Source of the DNA: a virus
Taxonomy: Duplodnaviria > Heunggongvirae > Uroviricota > Caudoviricetes
Reading direction: 5' to 3' (one strand)
IMG/VR virus record: IMGVR_UViG_3300037067_001516
DNA: 64,000 nucleotides
The position numbers and the translations under genes are program-made. Shown here in pieces: positions 60,301 through 64,000 of this stretch; within the stretch, counting starts at the first letter, position 1, and every line of letters begins with the position of its first letter. The notes below the pieces were generated by a model that saw only the letters and a program-made list of their open reading frames with translations, was not told where the DNA came from and did not search any database.

Positions 60301-60381
60301 GATTGTGGAAGCAAGTGGGACTTGAACCCATATAGCTGGGGTTAAAGCGCTTACCCAGTGTCCTACCAGTTAGACGATGCT
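60301..60381 (-). tRNA. atypical tRNA-like element: acceptor GGGAGCA/TGCTTCC, D stem GTCT/GGAC, anticodon stem CTGGG/CCCAG enclosing a 13-nt loop containing palindrome AAGCGCTT, T arm TGGG-TTCAAGT-CCCA
   Basis: Hand fold; 79 nt; expanded anticodon loop and an extra nucleotide between T stem and acceptor. Possible tRNA with a mini-insert or pseudo-tRNA; identity not assignable. Confidence 0.35.
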
Positions 60382-60383
60382 CC

Positions 60384-60602
60384 CTATTTATGAATCGTAT
60401 ACCATTTCTCTAATCCACATAAAGTATCCATTACTTTTTCTATGTCTGTCTTTGGTAGATGGGTACGATCACGGACAAGAACTATGATAGCTTTCTTATT
60501 AAGACCGCTATTTAACAGAGACTCCATCGCCTTCTTGATCAAGATCATAGACTCAAGAAGTGTAGCCCCGTTCTGTTGTGGTGTCTTTGGTTGTTGTGCC
60601 AT
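60384..60602 (-). CDS. hypothetical protein (72 aa)
   Basis: ORF. Confidence 0.45.
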   Translation of the reverse strand: MAQQPKTPQQNGATLLESMILIKKAMESLLNSGLNKKAIIVLVRDRTHLPKTDIEKVMDTLCGLEKWYTIHK

Positions 60603-60737
60603 ATAGTTTAATTTACATAAGTTATTATTCTGATTCTCTTAACCTGTGGGGAATATCCACGAAGTTAAGAGTAACTACCTGAACAAAAGCCAGGGCCATA
60701 TCGTCAGCATAATGAACAGAATAATAACTAATAGAAA

Positions 60738-61226
60738 CTAAGCGTGTTTCTGCTTTATATATGTGGCTATCAGTATAGCATCAGTCATACCATCGTGTAA
60801 ATTGGTACAACGTACTGTGGCCTTGAAGTCGACTGCCGGATATAATTGCTGTGCTATTTTCTTACTAAGATCTTTAGTATTCTCTTTAGGATAGCCAGTA
60901 AACATAACCTTCTGCCATTCTCCTGCGCGTACTTCAGTAAAAGGCATGTCTAGCGCAGATAATATCCCTAGTATAATGCCGTATCCTTTGCCAATTTTAA
61001 ACATAGAAGATACGCCTTGCTTTGGCATGGCATGTTGGGTCTCTACTCCTACCATAGTGCATGCATATGCGTTAGCTTTAAGCCAAGAAGACAGTGCTTT
61101 GATATTAATTTCTTTCTTTGTTCCTATAGTTAATACCGGCATTGTCCAAACCTGTGCTAGTCCTTCTTCGTTTAGGTATGCTATTCCACCTGACAACCCG
61201 GGATCAATCCCTATGTAATGACTCAT
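60738..61226 (-). CDS. RuvC-like Holliday junction resolvase
   Basis: MSHYIGIDPGLSGGIAYL (first catalytic Asp in the GIDPG motif), downstream ...VETQH... (E) and C-terminal ...HDGMTDAILIA (second Asp): RNaseH-fold resolvase pattern. Confidence 0.65.
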   Translation of the reverse strand: MSHYIGIDPGLSGGIAYLNEEGLAQVWTMPVLTIGTKKEINIKALSSWLKANAYACTMVGVETQHAMPKQGVSSMFKIGKGYGIILGILSALDMPFTEVRAGEWQKVMFTGYPKENTKDLSKKIAQQLYPAVDFKATVRCTNLHDGMTDAILIATYIKQKHA

Positions 61227-61611
61227 ATGTTTTTGGCATTTTTATATATTGATAGTGAGTATCAAAATATGTTTTAATAAATTCTTTGTCTATGTCTTTA
61301 AGTATATATTTGTTGTTTGACATTATCGTGATAACTCGTTGTAATAATTCTATTTCATTCTCTTCTTTATGTAGTTCTCCGTTATCTAGATGACAAGATT
61401 GATTGTGGATTGGGCAACTATTCAGAATAGATTTGTTACATTCTCCACCATGATAGCCAAAACTTGAAGGAGATATAATATGGTGAAGTGCGTCCCATCT
61501 ATTATCTCCGCACCACAAACATCTTACCCAGAATAACCATTCGAATGTTTCGTTCTTATCAAAGCGATGTTTCAATCCTTTATTTTTTATCTTATGTTTT
61601 AATCCATCCAT
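61204..61611 (-). CDS. Cys/His-rich HNH-like zinc-finger nuclease candidate (135 aa)
   Basis: CLWCGDNRWDALHHII...CPIHNQSCHLDNGELH. Confidence 0.4.
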   Translation of the reverse strand: MDGLKHKIKNKGLKHRFDKNETFEWLFWVRCLWCGDNRWDALHHIISPSSFGYHGGECNKSILNSCPIHNQSCHLDNGELHKEENEIELLQRVITIMSNNKYILKDIDKEFIKTYFDTHYQYIKMPKTYESLHRD

Positions 61612-61835
61612 AATTGAGAACGTGGTTCGTCGTAAGTAAGACTAAGATTGGCATGTAAGCCACGTTTTTTATCGAACAAAGCTGTGCTTTCAATATAATA
61701 TTCTTCTACTGTTATCTTATTAGCTTTAAAATTATGAAAACAATCTACTATTTTAAGATGATTCTTTTCAATTTCTTCAAGTATTTCTTTTCTGTCAGAC
61801 TTTTGAACATTATTTTTTTGTAGTTGTCTAATCAT
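61599..61835 (-). CDS. hypothetical protein (78 aa)
   Basis: ORF. Confidence 0.4.
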   Translation of the reverse strand: MIRQLQKNNVQKSDRKEILEEIEKNHLKIVDCFHNFKANKITVEEYYIESTALFDKKRGLHANLSLTYDEPRSQLWMD

Positions 61836-61843
61836 AGTATACG

Positions 61844-63055
61844 TTATTTATGTCGTTTTGTTAACCTCTTTTTGTTATTAGACGTGCAAATACCTACTGC
61901 GAATGTGGATGTCGGGTGCACTCCTTGGTTAATATAAATCCATTCTTGGTTCAACCATTCAACATCCGTCCAGTATTTTGATATAAGTTTCTCTAGTTCT
62001 TCTAGAGAATACACAGCTGCATGATACTTGCTTGGATTGTTAAGTGGAACAGAGAACACGAATGTGTCGCAATGGTCAACGACCCATCTTAAAAAATTGT
62101 TTGGATCTTTAACGTGCTCTATTGTTTCGAAACTAGTTATAGTATCGAACTTTATATTCGGTAATCTTTTGGTTATATCGTGTACTTCGTATATATGTTT
62201 GAATTTAGATCTAGCAAATGCTACTGCATCTGCTGATATATCCCAACCATCCGCAGCTGTGGCAGCTTCGGCCAACATATTAACTCCGTATCCTGTGCCG
62301 CATGCTACATCAAGAACTTTTTTGTTTATACAATACTTCATCGCGAAGTTATATCTTGTAATATGTTCCTGCAATGTGACAATATCTTTTTTCATATCGC
62401 CGATCACTACACGCTCGCCAGTAGAAAAGATCATATTATATTTTTTCATTCTACTATCGAATAGTTTTTTGTCATGGTCATGAGCTTTGCCATTGTATAC
62501 TCGGCGATAGTCTTCATCGCCAAATGTTTTAACATTATTTGTGAATGTATCTTGGTTACTTTTAAATCCTGGGTGGTTGTGTTTTATCTTTGCATCTTTA
62601 GCGTAGACATACTTGTTCGCCATCATACATCTGGCAGCCAATTCATTATCGCAGTACTGGTGTATGTATCCAGTATGAAAGAACTCTCCATCAAGATACG
62701 GAAGTAATTTCCTGCTGGCTAACCAATGTGTTGGAGCTTCTCCTTCATTTCTATTCTGGTCATTGAGTCCGACCATACCGTCCATGTTCGTGAATACTCT
62801 CATTGCCTTGATCGCATTCTTTAAAAAATTCTTTTCAGGTAATGTGTCGTCACCAAGAAACATCACTAGATCATATTGGCTTTCATTAACTAATTTCTTT
62901 ACCATCTTTGGAGCACCGATACGATCTTTGTCATACTCCGCAATAATTTCATAATCGGAATGTTTGACTCCAGCATTCTTTATTATGGTGCGAGCGAGCT
63001 TAGTTAAATTCTTTGGTCTTATATATGGAATTATAATTGATACTTTTGGTGTCAT
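61844..63055 (-). CDS. bifunctional GT2-family glycosyltransferase (N-terminus) and class I SAM methyltransferase (C-terminus) fusion
   Basis: N-terminus VSIIIPYIRPKNL...MFLGDDT (GT-A with DxD); C-terminus VLDVACGTGYGVNMLAE (MTase motif I) ... FDTITSFETIEHV (motif II/III). Confidence 0.6.
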   Translation of the reverse strand: MTPKVSIIIPYIRPKNLTKLARTIIKNAGVKHSDYEIIAEYDKDRIGAPKMVKKLVNESQYDLVMFLGDDTLPEKNFLKNAIKAMRVFTNMDGMVGLNDQNRNEGEAPTHWLASRKLLPYLDGEFFHTGYIHQYCDNELAARCMMANKYVYAKDAKIKHNHPGFKSNQDTFTNNVKTFGDEDYRRVYNGKAHDHDKKLFDSRMKKYNMIFSTGERVVIGDMKKDIVTLQEHITRYNFAMKYCINKKVLDVACGTGYGVNMLAEAATAADGWDISADAVAFARSKFKHIYEVHDITKRLPNIKFDTITSFETIEHVKDPNNFLRWVVDHCDTFVFSVPLNNPSKYHAAVYSLEELEKLISKYWTDVEWLNQEWIYINQGVHPTSTFAVGICTSNNKKRLTKRHK

Positions 63056-63065
63056 ATGTTTTAAA

Positions 63066-63371
63066 TTATTTTTCTAGACCACAGACCGCCAGGCAAGAAT
63101 TGCATGGATTTTCTGGGACACTGGTGTTGATAGTGACAGCCGTAGCTTGTTTAATAGTTAAACCAATTACCGCGCCGGTCAGGATTAATAAGGTTGCTAC
63201 TATTGTATAGTACACTATCTTTTTTAAATTATATTTTCTATACGGTTCAACCAGGATCTCTACGTATCCATTGTATTCAATAATTTTGACAGGCACACCA
63301 ACGTTCTTGACTATACTATCTACTCTTTTGTTTTGTGCTTCTTTATCCCCTGGAAAAGTTAGTACTATCAT
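63066..63371 (-). CDS. hypothetical protein with C-terminal TM helix (101 aa)
   Basis: ORF; IVYYTIVATLLILTGAVIGL. Confidence 0.45.
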   Translation of the reverse strand: MIVLTFPGDKEAQNKRVDSIVKNVGVPVKIIEYNGYVEILVEPYRKYNLKKIVYYTIVATLLILTGAVIGLTIKQATAVTINTSVPENPCNSCLAVCGLEK

Positions 63372-63512
63372 ATCTTTTTAATCTTATCTTCTATTTTTCT
63401 AAAGATAGTTTTTAAAGTTCCAGTAATAAAATAGGCGTCTGTTCCTTTAACTATTTTAGCCAAACATTTTTTCTCATCTTTAATAATTTTTATTTCGTCA
63501 AACATAACTTTG

Positions 63513-64000
63513 TTAGTTTATTCTTGGTTTCATAAACAATGTAAGGCCGCGTGGTGTATTAAAATAAACCTTAGGTAGTTCTACTAGGTCTGCTATTTCA
63601 CTATATCCAGTAAATTGCGGGCCAGTATCATGCATAAGGAACATGCTGGCCGGCTTTAATAATGGGATTAATAAATTTATTTCTGATTCTCTAGCTTCTT
63701 CGTTACCGCTGTCTATAAAAGCGAACTCTATTTTGTTTCCATACTTTTTTATAAGATCAGTGCCCGACATGTGGAATACTTCTCCTGGAAGATTTAAAAC
63801 TTTTAGTTGTTGTGAAACTTGGTCGACTCTATCACTGATAGTGTCGCATGAAACAAGTTCTCCGAATCCATTATCTTTAATTGCCTTAGCCATTTCTATC
63901 GTAGTATCTCCAAGATAGCATCCAGTTTCTAAAACTAATTGTGGTTTTAGTAAACGTATTAATGATCCAATGAATTGTCCAACTTCATTCTCTGCAGACT
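63513..64000 (-). CDS. class I SAM-dependent (O-)methyltransferase; N-terminus lies beyond window end
   Basis: Frame stays open upstream of the annotated Met through position 64000; ...LETGCYLGDTT (motif I) ... IEFAFIDSGNEE (acidic post-I) ... LLKPASMFLMHDT. Confidence 0.5.
   Translation of the reverse strand, partial: SAENEVGQFIGSLIRLLKPQLVLETGCYLGDTTIEMAKAIKDNGFGELVSCDTISDRVDQVSQQLKVLNLPGEVFHMSGTDLIKKYGNKIEFAFIDSGNEEARESEINLLIPLLKPASMFLMHDTGPQFTGYSEIADLVELPKVYFNTPRGLTLFMKPRIN

Overview
AT-rich 64-kb segment that reads as part of a large (jumbo-type) tailed dsDNA phage or prophage genome with dense, short-spacer gene packing. Standard genetic code is in use: TAA, TAG and TGA all end good ORFs.

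Layout:
- 1..20285, minus strand: a truncated DUF559-like endonuclease ORF; a 1,021-aa and a 214-aa probable virion protein; a 4,753-aa giant coiled-coil and repeat-containing ORF; a 47-aa ORF resembling the glycyl-radical C-terminus of anaerobic ribonucleotide reductase NrdD; an HNH (T4 endonuclease VII-like) endonuclease.
- 20290..21150: about 0.9 kb non-coding stretch with four GGGCCC sites.
- 21149..53855, plus strand, about 32 kb: many small early-type ORFs preceded by a repeated promoter-like motif GGTCTAACCCACGTTYTTRGTAGCG. Recognisable products are:
  - a HAD phosphatase;
  - a type IV prepilin-like protein;
  - an ATP-dependent DNA ligase;
  - RtcB RNA ligase;
  - a MucR/Ros-type zinc-finger regulator;
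  - an SPFH/prohibitin protein;
  - a family-4 uracil-DNA glycosylase;
  - a MoxR AAA+ ATPase with a VWA-metallopeptidase partner;
  - a head module: terminase small subunit, terminase large subunit interrupted by a 256-aa LAGLIDADG intein, portal, small basic proteins, GroES and GroEL, scaffold-like protein, and a major capsid candidate followed by tandem terminators.
- 54160..60381, minus strand: array of at least 21 tRNA genes interleaved with small ORFs, an HNH homing endonuclease, GC-rich structured elements, two tRNA-like elements with abnormal architecture, and an initiator tRNA lying inside a methyltransferase-like ORF.
- 60384..64000, minus strand: RuvC resolvase, an HNH-like protein, a glycosyltransferase-methyltransferase fusion and an O-methyltransferase truncated at the window edge.

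No CRISPR array, rRNA or transposon was seen. All product calls rest on motifs read directly from the translations; nothing was run against a database.
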